A stretch of DNA of 63,440 bases, the filler included, from Ministeria vibrans ATCC 50519 (lineage: Eukaryota > Protista > Filasterea), in NCBI GenBank assembly GCA_943704425.1. It is 5 parts of 5 records of this genome, joined end to end, with 100 filler letters (N's around TTAATTAATTAA, not from the genome) between each part and the next. Parts side by side here need not be neighbours in the genome. Positions count along the whole stretch, not along the records: positions 19,191 to 40,499 come from CALSCP010000556.1; positions 40,600 to 58,585 come from CALSCP010001017.1; 3 more parts are not named here. The stretch is one strand, 5' to 3'. Made by a program: the position numbers and the translations under genes. Below, piece by piece: positions 34,629 to 50,915 of this stretch (its first letter is position 1; each line of letters begins with the position of its first letter). The notes beneath the pieces were generated by a model. That model ran no database searches and was not told where the DNA came from. It worked only from the letters and a program-made list of their open reading frames with translations.

Positions 34629-37600
34629 TCAGTAACTCTGCGTGTGGGCCTTGATGACTTTGAGGCGCCGCTCCACCTCCTGCGCAGTGGGTCGCGCCCA
34701 TGGGTCACCCGTCCAACAGTCACTCATAAGCGTACAATAAGTCTGCGACCACGACGGGTCAATGGGTGGTCGTACCCCCCGCGAAACAGACTTGACAATC
34801 TCCCAGTCAAATGCAATGTCGTTGAACGGTAGTTGGCGTGCCATAATCTCCCACAGAATGATCCCCAGCGCATACACATCCGCACTCAGCGAGTAGTTTG
34901 TGCCCGCAGACACTTCAGGAGCACGCCACAGCAAAGTTCCCGTCTTGGCTGTCAGCACTCGCGGAGCCACACTCGACCGAATGCTCTCCCGACTCGCATC
35001 CGTCGTCTGTCGACTACTCCTCTCAGATTCCTCATTCACCAGATCAATGGGCGGTACATACGATCGCCCAATGTCCGTAGACGTAAATGCGTGGGGTTTG
35101 AGTCCGTCAATCAGTCGAGCAGTCCTAAAATAGTCAAGGAACGTGAGTAGACTCAACCGAATGACACAAAGCTCCCTACCCGAAATCAGACACTTTCACA
35201 ACCCAATCAGCGTCCACCAACAGATTCCCACTCTTCAAATCACGATGGATCCCTGGTGGATCCATTGCGTGCAGAAACGCCACACCACTGCTTGCATCAC
35301 TCGCAAACGACATTTTGCGTCCCAAACTCAATTCAATCGATGTGTCCCCCAACACATCCAACAGGCTCCCGCGCTCCATAAACTACACAGCAGATCATAT
35401 GGTTGAGAATTCACGTATACACATACATTATATAATAATAATAATAATAATAATAATACTAGAATTATATATACATACATAATTCACACGCACACGCACA
35501 CACATACATACACACTCGCTCTCTGTCTTCCTATCCTTTTCTAATCCTTTACCTCTGTAACTAGATAGGGCGCCCCCGACGCAGTATACCCCGCTCCGTA
35601 AAAAAACACAATGTGCGGTCCGCGAATCGATCGCAGCAGTTTGATTTCGCCTGCAAAGTCATCGACACTCTCCTTGTCCGTCTCCATCACTGCCTCACGC
35701 AGGTACTTCACAGCAACCGTCTTGCCTACCCACTTAGCCAGCCACACCTTTCCAAATGCTCCGCTCGCAACTTCTTTGGTCCGCGTCAGGTCTGACTCGC
35801 TAATGTGCCATGCGCGCTCTGCCTCGTCCCGCTCACGAGCCGCGACGTCTCTCTCCCGCTCCGCATCCACCAGATTGGCTTCGGCGTCGCCCAAAAGCCT
35901 CTCATAGAGCGTACTGCTTTCGGCAAGTCGTCGACTGCGCCGGAAGAAGAACAGAAGCAGCGCACCACCAACAGTCGCAGAGAGCAACGAACCGAGGACA
36001 AAACCAATCCATGGAAACGAGCAATTGTCGTTGGAAAGGTAGCCAAATTCACAGTGACACGAGGCAATACCACTGCTGCCCGCGGCAATGCTACAATAAC
36101 CGTGTCCATTGCAAGTGTTGGGACGGCACACACTACAATCGCGCTTGGCCGACGTGCCAGTACCCACCGTCCATGAGTCGCCAGGGCACCGTTGGCACGA
36201 GAAGTCGCCGACATTCGCATAGGTGCCGACGGGGCATTCGACACACGGATAGTAGCCAAACGAAGGAGAGGCAGAGCCGGGTCCGCAGTTGGGAAAAATA
36301 ACATTGAGCGTCGACGGACTTGCACCCAGACCGCCGTACGTCGTGAAGAAGGACGCACTGAGATTGGCAAGTGCGGGAGGCAGATCCGACTTGGGCAAGT
36401 GAAAATATTTCAATGCATCGGCAAGCGTGGCGCCTGTGGAAGTACCCACACCCGCTGAAATGGAGACAGTCGTGCCAGAGAGGGTCGGTAACTGTGCAAG
36501 GCGATTGAGATCAAGATCGTACACTAACATCCTGGCGGTGCGCTCCGAGTAGGAATTCTCACCGCCAAAGATAATCAGCGACTGTCCCACCACTGCCGTT
36601 TGCGGGTACATAATAGGTGTCAATGCGGCTCCCGTTGGATGCTTCTGCTCCCATATTCCCGTCCATGCGTCAAACACCCAAAAATCGGCGAGAATCTCCT
36701 TGAAATTGATGCCACCAACAACAATGAGGTAGCGCTCGTGCATCACACCGCCGTATGCGAGAGTGCGCGGACCAGGACGCACAGTCGAGCGCACCACGGC
36801 TGGCGTCCACTTCATCGTGCCCAAATTGAACATGTACAGATCGCCATAGTACGAAAGGAACTGAGTGCTTCCTCCAAAGATGACCACACACCCGTAAGAT
36901 GACGAGGGGAGGTCGAGGGGACCGCCGCGCACAAGACCGCCCACTGTGCCCGCTGAGCCAGGTGGAGTCGCACCCGAGTTGGAGATGGAAAACCAGCGAT
37001 CTTGCGTCAGCGAGTACACATACGTACCGTTGTTGGCACCGTTCAGATTGGACCAACCGCCAAAAAGTAAAAACTAAAGTAGAAAAAAAAAATTAAAAAT
37101 GAGTACGCGAGTGCATACTGGATTCATCTTGGATACGGTTGTGTCGTCGGGCAAAAGAGACGTTTGAGCAGCAACAGCAAAGGAGGTCTCCAGGTAAGGG
37201 GGTGCGTCGCCCTGAGGTGTCATCTTTCGCCACACAACTCCATCGTCATTGACCATCCACAGATCATTGAAGAAGCGCCAACCCGTCAGACTCATTCCGC
37301 CATAAATGAGCCTAAAAAAAAACACGCAACACACGATCATTATAATTAATTGAAAGGGTGACGTCGATCTAATTTCGTACCAAACGCGCTGGGGAGAGCC
37401 AAGCGTGCCACCAATGGTGGTGACAGAGGGATGGGGGATCATGTAGGCGGGGACCGCGTACTTGGAGTCGGGAGCGAGCGGGAGTTGGACAATGCTGGTA
37501 AATTGGCGAGCGGGCGGGTTGGGATCAGGCGTAATGTTGGTCCAGACGCTTGTATTGGCCGTGAACGAGAACAGCTTTACGTGTGTCAGACAACATGAAT

Positions 37601-38948
37601 GAGAGGGAAACGATTTTCATACCTCGGGTGAGTCTTCAATGTGGGCGTACTGGAGGCGACCGCCGTAGATGATGATCTTGTTGGAGGGGAAGTGGTAGCC
37701 CGGAACATAGCCAACGCGTGCAATGGGTTGCAGCGAAAACTGTAATTGTGAAGGGGTGAGGTACGAGGGGGGTTTAAGGGAACCAGAGAGGAGCGACGGC
37801 TCAATGGCTACGTCGAAGACAAGTTGGTCAAGTTCGTTGAACTGAGACAGTCCAAAGACGCGAAGATGGCACTCGCTGGCGGGTGAGCCGTCGACAGCGG
37901 CCGTGAGACGCGCACAAAAAAGCCGCGTTCCGAGGGTCTTGAAGAAGGGCGGTTCGAGTGCCTCGTTCACGGCGGGGTTGAGCAGGACCCATTCACCGCG
38001 CGGCAAGTCGGACTGCTGCTCGCGAAAGTTGAGCACCCACATGTCAAAGAGAAAGCCGCTGACGTTGCTCACAACAATCGTGTCGGATTCACCTGCGAGC
38101 AGGACAAGCGATTGCGGTCCGTAGAGGCCCACTGAAGCGAAAATGCGCGGAGTTGGCCCGGCCGTGGTGTCAAGTGCGACACGACGGAAACGCGCAGAGA
38201 ATGTCCCCTGCGCATCCTGGTCAGCAGACATTACCCAAGTGTCGTTGAAGAACACTGTGCCGTTGTGTGGCCATTGCGCAAATGGGGTGAGGTTCCCCGA
38301 GTAGTGCGGGGTGTACTTGGAGCCTCCAAAGAACATCATCTGCGTGCGATTCGACACGACCGTGCTCATGGCACTGACGCGAGCCGACGGCCAAGTGTCC
38401 TCTGTCTCGTTTGCCATGGGACCCAGCAGATGCCACGTGTTGTTTTCCGCGTCGTAGAGCCAGGCATCGTCAAGAACTCGCTAGATCAGACACACAGAAA
38501 GAAAGAAGGTTGAGCTTGTCGCAGTGCTATGCACAAGTCAGCTTACGCTCGTGTTTGACGCACTGCCCTCTGTCGCACCCCCAAATAGGACTAAATACTC
38601 CTGGCCCTTGATGACTACGACTTCGCACGCCTGTCCGAACCGCGGTTCGGGCGCTAGAGCCCCCGGAAAGCGCACCGTCCACGATTCGGCGACCAAGTCA
38701 AACACCCAAGTGACGTTCGTCTGGACGTATGCCGTGTTGTTTTGACCGCTGAAGACGTAAAGCGAGTTGCCGATGACGCCGCCACTTGAGAAGTCGGTGG
38801 GATTGGGGCCGTAGAACGTTGTGGGGATGATGTTCCAAATGTTTGAAAAGGGAATGTTGTCGCCAGTGGGAAACTCTGGTAAAGACGACGCACCAAAGAC
38901 CATCTGCACCAGCGTAATGATGGTGATGGTTGAGAGGCACGCCCTCAT
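34629..38948 (-). CDS. Receptor kinase 2, tandem paralog of receptor kinase 1 with the same architecture
   Basis: Signal peptide MRACLSTITIITL, kelch blades, CVECPVGTY/CQRCPGDSW, EGF CNGHGYC, TM, and a kinase nearly identical to copy 1. Confidence 0.93.
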
Positions 38949-39035
38949 TGAGGAGAAGCGAATGTAACTGGAATTTGCCTTTGCGAAGATCAATTCTAAG
39001 TTCGAATTACACTTTACAAATACACTTTTTGTAAA

Positions 39036-39697
39036 ATGATGCGCCTTGTCATTGTGACGCTTTCTCTTCTCTCACTGGCAGCCTCTGTGTCGCCAGTGTT
39101 TCCATCGGAGTGGCAGGGAGAGTTCGTTGAGACCAATGTGTACCCGCACGCAAATTATTCCGTCGACGGCGCAATGTACTATTCATGGCCGCAAAGGGCA
39201 CAGCGGATCAACCGCGCCTCGTCACTGTACAGCCCGCTGTGCTCGCGCTACCACAAAGTCGACACGCCGTGCCACCAGTACTATCTGAACTCGTCGCTGG
39301 TGTTCGTGTGGCCCGCCGAGCAGCGGTGCTGTCGCGGCTGCTCTGATCACTGTGGACCGCTGACGCCGACCTGGCTCGACTCTTCCACGTACACCGGGGT
39401 TCACCAGGTCTCTGTTAATGGTACCACAACAGCGTGTAATTCGTTCCAGGTCAGTCAGGACGTGAAAGAACCCGCAAATTAAGTGATCGTGTGTGTTAGG
39501 TCAAGGGCGCCTCGTCTTCGGACTACTGGGCCGACAGCGTCGACGGCGGAAAGCCTTGCCAACTTGGAGATGGCGGGGGGGCCGAAGGATCGTCGTGGTG
39601 GCTCAACTTTGTTCCCTCGACAGTGCGTGTCGCTGCTGTTGACCCCCTCCATTTCGTTCTGCCTTCGTACTGCACCAATGCTGGTCGTTGCCTCTAA
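39036..39697 (+). CDS. Secreted Cys-containing protein, ependymin-related/LolA-fold-like, 2 exons
   Basis: Signal peptide, PVFPSEW, GAMYYSW, RCC...CGPLTPTWL, STYTG...CNSF and terminal FVLPSYC; intron 39450-39499. Confidence 0.6.
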
Positions 39698-40119
39698 CCA
39701 CGACTGTCAAGTGGGAAATGTCAGCCGCGAGGCAACCGTTACCCAATACCCCTCATACGACATACATGAAGTGTTTGAGTGTTTCTTTTCCGTCCTATTC
39801 GTTTTTGATCAAGCGAGAGAGAAAGGAGTTTGGTGCTCTGACTGTTGGCAGTGCGACAGATGCGATTTCAATTTGCAAGCAGGATAAATAATATTAGAAT
39901 CAACTAAATGCATATGAGCGTATGAGGGGCAATCAGAGACCTAACCGGAGCCTGATTGGCGAGTGTTCGAAATGGAAGTGAGAATGGACTGTGATTACAG
40001 ATTAAGTAGTCACTTACTCACTTTCAAGTTTCAACTCTTTTTCTTAAACTTTCATCTGACCTGTGATCAGTTGTCTCTCCCATTGAACTCGTGTAGTGCC
40101 GCCTCTTGCCCCGGCTCCC

Positions 40120-40288
40120 ATGTCCAACATCTACTACAAATTCAAGAATGAGACGAGTGCAGAAACGATCAAATTCGATGGTGTGGGTCTCACCGTTGCC
40201 GAGCTGAAGCGCGAGATTGTCCAGCGTCACAAGCTGCAGCATGTTCAGAATGAGGACTTGCGCATCACCAACTCTCAAACAAAGGAAG
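40120..40288 (+). CDS. RBBP6: RBBP6/MPE1 DWNN ubiquitin-like domain, exon 1 (scaffold ends)
   Basis: MSNIYYKFKN...IKFDGVGLTVAELKREI...DLRITNSQTKEE followed by a GTAAC donor. Confidence 0.9.
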
Positions 40289-40468
40289 GTAACAAAACGA
40301 AAGAAAAAACCGATTGAGAACGTTTTTTTTTTCTCTTTTTCGCTTTCTGTTCTCTCGACGAACAACGTCCTTTCTTCCTGCTTAGCTCCATTGAATCGGG
40401 ACCATTTTCATTGTGTTCTCCTCTGTGCCGTGTATGGCCGTCATGTCTTGCTATCATTTCATTTCATT

Positions 40469-40499
<31 letters not shown>

Positions 40500-40599
40500 N
40501 NNNNNNNNNNNNNNNNNNNNNNNNNNNNNNNNNNNNNNNNNNNTTAATTAATTAANNNNNNNNNNNNNNNNNNNNNNNNNNNNNNNNNNNNNNNNNNNN
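40500..40599. other. Artificial scaffold linker
   Basis: N44-TTAATTAATTAA-N44. Confidence 0.98.
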
Positions 40600-45808
<5,209 letters not shown>

Positions 45809-46088
45809 TGGTAGCAAAGGACAGTGAGAGAGACTCAGAGAGTGAGAGAGAAAGAAAATCACACTAAATAAAAAGTAATAATAATAATATTTTACTATAA
45901 TAATCATTATTATTGTTCTTATTATAATTATTTTAATTTTAAAATCTTCTTCTATACAGAATCTCAGAAGAAAACAAAGGAGTATTTATTTTTTGTATTT
46001 GCAAAAAGATGGGTCGTGCGAAGGGCCCGGAAGAGAAAGACTGATTAAAAAAGCGGAAAATATTGTTCGTGAGAGCGAGCATGTGTGC

Positions 46089-46158
<70 letters not shown>

Positions 46159-46837
46159 NNNNNNNNNNNNNNNNNNNNNNNNNNNNNNNNNNNNNNNNNN
46201 NNNNNNNNNNNNNNNNNNNNNNNNNNNNNNNNNNNNNNNNNNNNNNNNNNNNNNNNNNNNNNNNNNNNNNNNNNNNNNNNNNNNNNNNNNNNNNNNNNNN
46301 NNNNNNNNNNNNNNNNNNNNNNNNNNNNNNNNNNNNNNNNNNNNNNNNNNNNNNNNNNNNNNNNNNNNNNNNNNNNNNNNNNNNNNNNNNNNNNNNNNNN
46401 NNNNNNNNNNNNNNNNNNNNNNNNNNNNNNNNNNNNNNNNNNNNNNNNNNNNNNNNNNNNNNNNNNNNNNNNNNNNNNNNNNNNNNNNNNNNNNNNNNNN
46501 NNNNNNNNNNNNNNNNNNNNNNNNNNNNNNNNNNNNNNNNNNNNNNNNNNNNNNNNNNNNNNNNNNNNNNNNNNNNNNNNNNNNNNNNNNNNNNNNNNNN
46601 NNNNNNNNNNNNNNNNNNNNNNNNNNNNNNNNNNNNNNNNNNNNNNNNNNNNNNNNNNNNNNNNNNNNNNNNNNNNNNNNNNNNNNNNNNNNNNNNNNNN
46701 NNNNNNNNNNNNNNNNNNNNNNNNNNNNNNNNNNNNNNNNNNNNNNNNNNNNNNNNNNNNNNNNNNNNNNNNNNNNNNNNNNNAAAAAAAAAAAAGTTGA
46801 AAACAAAACAGTCACTCTTTGTTAACATCTCCTTTAC

Positions 46838-47875
46838 CAATCCTCGAACAGTGTCAACGATAATTTTGCTGAGAACGGGCTCTTGTATGGCGCCATGTGC
46901 CTTGTAGACGTCGTAGAGGGAGCCGCCGTCCATGTACTCCATGCACAGACTGAGGTCGCCTTCGTGCAAGAAGGTACCGTAGTACTTCACAATGAAGGGA
47001 CACTGAGATTCTCGTAGACCTCCAATCTCACGTATCAATTGCCTCTATATAAGCACCACTGATGAGATGCAAACTCAGGCAAGACGGCCTCAGACTACCT
47101 TTGCGTTGTTGTCGTTGTTGTTGATCGCCAGTGGCACTTGCTTGATGGCCAGCAGTTGTCCGCCGTGTACGGCTTTCACTACCCGACCGTACGCACCATG
47201 ACCAATCTCTTGAAGCTCTTGAAGCTCTTTAGGATCAGCCTCCGTCCCGTCTGGAAGTGTAATCCTAACAACGAGAGCGAAAGAAATCGAAAAGACGAAA
47301 TAAAGAAAAAAAATTGCTTTGCAGTCAGTGAAATCGAACAATGGGACAAAAACAAAGCCATTCAGGTATGGGAGGAGGGGAGAGAGACAGAGAGAGACAG
47401 AGAGAGAGAGAGGAGGGAGAAAGAAACAAAGTGATAGAGAGAGAGAGAGAGAGAGCCCAAAGGGAAGGGTTGAAACATTGGTACAAGTTGACGACACCGG
47501 TTGCGCCGAAGCGGACAGGGGAGCGGACAGGGCACGGCAGAGACGCGCAAGGCTTACATTGAGTCTGTGAATGATACATCCTGGCCGTCGACGGGCAGCA
47601 CGAGCACGCCGTCGTCTCGGCTCTCCGTGGTGGGCGGCTGTCAGACAGGAAAGACGAGAGAGAGAGAGAAAAAAAAAAAAAAAAAAAAGAGATGTTGTGG
47701 AAAAGGAGAGAAAAGAAGTGTGGTGGAGGGAAGGAGGAGTGTGAGAGGGGTAAGGGAGAGGGGTAAGCAGAGAGAAAGCAAGCGAGGGGGCGCGGGGGCG
47801 CCGGGATGGGCTGTCCGCAGCGGACAGGCGTACCTCGACGTCCGGCATTAAGATTTTTAAGTCGGGTCTCGGCAT
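46838..47875 (-). CDS. MAP kinase kinase (STE7/MEK family) copy 1; 3' half falls in the N gap 46159-46783
   Basis: N-terminal docking-like [21 protein letters not shown] and CPFIVKYYGTF...CMEYMDGGSL. Confidence 0.88.
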
Positions 47876-47991
47876 GATGGTGAGAGAGGTCAAAGTCGAA
47901 CCTAAACCCCAACCGGATGAATGAAAAAGATTAATTAATTAATCGATAGCGGATTATAGATGATAATTCGATATTCGTAAATACTAAAGTT

Positions 47992-49607
47992 TCATTCTTG
48001 ATTGTTATCCCGACCAATGTTGGTTGGTTGTGTATGCGCCACCTTCGGTTGACTGGACGGGGAGGACGGCTCATCAGCGGGGGGCACCGAAGTTTCGCGT
48101 GAGGAAGTTGATGTGCCTTTCAACGCGTGCTCAGGCATCACTGAGCGAGCCCAAATTGCAAGATCAGTGTGCTGCGCATCGACACGCGCTACAAACGCAT
48201 CGGCAAGCAAGGCGGGGTATTTGGGTCGAGTCTTTTCGTTCTTCTCGACGCAGCGCGCAGCAAAAGCACGCAAGTCACCGGGAAGCGAATGAGGCAGCCT
48301 CGGAGCAGGTGAGCTCACTATCGTCTTGAGAATGTCATACACACGCCCGCTCTTACACCTACACAAAACACAAAATACATAAGAATAGAAACACACATAC
48401 ACACACACACCACAAAGACGCATACATACACATACACATACATCACAAAGACACGCACATACACATACATACGTACACACATACACACAATACATACATA
48501 CCCCTCGCTAAACGGATGCTGACCCGTGGCAAGCTCGACAATGGTGATGCCCAGTGACCAAACATCTGCCTCCACGCCGTACGTTGTCACCCGCCCTGAT
48601 ATCCTCTCGGGGCTCAAATACGTACTGGTGCCCACATATGTTTGTGCCACGGAGTGTTTCAGTCTAAGAAAAACAAAAAAGAGGATCAAAAAAGAACGTG
48701 GAACGGAAGAACAACCATCATACCTTCCACTTATTCCAAGATCACACAGTTTGATTTCACCCCGACTATTGAATAGAATGTTGCTTGGCTTCACATCACG
48801 ATGAATGATCTGATGCTCCGTATACAGATAGTTCTACACACACACACACACACACAGCCCCCCCGAAAAAAAAAATTAATCCCTTGCTGGTGTAATAACA
48901 ATAATGTTAATATTACCAATCCTCGGACAATGTCAACGACAATTTTGCTTAGATAGGGCTCTTGTATTGCGCCGTGTCGCCGGTAGACGTCATCAAGCGA
49001 ACCGCCGTCCATAAATTCCATGCAGAGCGCCAGGTCGCCCTCGGACAGGTATGTTCCGTAGTAGTTTACAATGAAGGGACAGTGGGCCTCGCGAAGTGCC
49101 TCGATTTCGTAATACAGACGTTTCTACACCACAACCACGACACACTGTGCAATCAGCATCCCCACTGCCGGGACAGGGTGTTCAGAAAGGCGTACCGTCG
49201 AAGAGTCGTCCGCCGGCGAGTTGATCGACAGACGCACGTACTTCACCGCAAGGATCTGCTCGTCGTAGACGACGCGCACCACTCTGCCGTACGCGCCATG
49301 GCCAATCTCGTCTGTCTCGCGGAGAACCCGTGGATCCACCTTGCGGCCGTCGGGCAACGTGATCCTACAGAGCACAAGTTCACGAAACAAATGCGTTTTC
49401 GACTGATACACTGATAGCGAGCAGTCCCTACGTAGTGTCGGTAAAGGGCACGTCTTTCCCGTCGACAGGCAGCACTAGTACACCGTCCTCCGTCTCGAGA
49501 TCCTCCAATGTCTAAGGGCGTTGCCGTCTGGGATGGGTTTGACTGCCACACAATATGTTTCTTACTGGCGTTGTCGGCATGGTGATTTTCAGTTGAGGCT
49601 TCGGCAT
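47992..49607 (-). CDS. MAP kinase kinase (STE7/MEK family) copy 2, complete, 7 exons
   Basis: MPKPQLKI docking-like site, [26 protein letters not shown], activation loop [22 protein letters not shown]. Confidence 0.93.
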
Positions 49608-49729
49608 GCTTGTGATGGACTGATGGTTGACGGCTGTGCTTAGTCTTCACTCTTCAGTTGCACATGTACAGTTGCGGTTCAAATGAATTAAAAAAATGCA
49701 TTTAATATTATAATAATTATTTTTATTAT

Positions 49730-50836
49730 TTACATTTCGCTTCCTTCACTCACTGACTGTGGTCGGCGCGATTGAACCTTCTCCAATCGCCGACGGTCAG
49801 CTGCCTAAACACAGTCCAATTTAGTTTGTTCATTATTGTATATCGAGCGTCAATACACGTCAATATAAAATTACTATTACTATGATTGTGATTATTATTA
49901 TTATTATTATTATTATTAATAATTATTATTATTATTATTTTGAAATTATTATTATTATTATGAAATTATTATTATAATTATACTACGTACCTTCTGTCGA
50001 ATGCGCTTCAATTTCTGTGCCAACTGACCAATCTCAAAACGATACTCCTCTGCGCGTGCCTGCGCATGTACCAGTTCTCCATCAAGACTCTGAACTCGAT
50101 TATTCTTCTCTTCCACCGCCTTTCGATGTTCTTCGATTTGTGCACTCATATTTTCAGCTACTGAAACAAAAAAGAAAAAAGAACAAAAAGATCGGAAAAA
50201 CGTATTAATTACGTGATCTGATCATTATTATGAGTCTTACCCGGTTGTCGCTTGACAAGATTTTTAAGCTCACGGTACTCTCTCTCCAGATCCTGCACTA
50301 CCACTTCCTTCTCACTAAGCTCCTTTGTCTTCGCAATCAGTCGTCTTTGCGCCGTCTTTTAGCGTCAAAGGGCGAAACACTGTCAGTCTATGATCATTAT
50401 CGTTTTCATTAGCAAACATTTACCTGGAGTTTGTTGAGAAGAGGAGCAAAACAAGGCTCGCGAGCTGCCCTGTCGCGCCAACGATGCACATTGAGGAGCA
50501 CCGCCTGCTCGCCCTCCAGTACAGCGACGCGCGTCCGTTGCTGCGCCAGTGTACGTGTCAGCGCCCGTTCCTCCCGTTCCAGCCCACATAACACGTCGCG
50601 CTCGGCCACAGCCGCCTTGCGTGCTGTCAGTGCCTGTTGCAGCTGCCCTTGCACTTGTCCAATCGCCTCCACCCGCTCTCCGTACACCCGCTCACCTCGC
50701 TGCACCATCCTTTCCTGCGACTTCACCTCTTCGTACAGTCGCACCAATTCCCGCTCCCGCTGCACCAGCTGACTCGCAAACCCATCACGCTCCCACATAA
50801 CCTAAAAAAAAAGCACCACAGCAACAATAATAACAC

Positions 50837-50915
<79 letters not shown>

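Noticed and set aside
37129-37137. GTATCC donor as a U12-type intron
   Set aside because: It continues AAG rather than TT and no U12 branch site was seen; all introns checked were ordinary GT-AG.
45986-46907. Long ORFs through N gaps and microsatellites (poly-X, SLSL, RERE, poly-I/N)
   Set aside because: Artefacts of gaps and simple repeats.
47929-47944. GATTAATTAATTAATC palindrome between the two MAP2K genes as another linker
   Set aside because: No flanking Ns, and it lies in AT-rich intergenic DNA; most likely a natural low-complexity palindrome.
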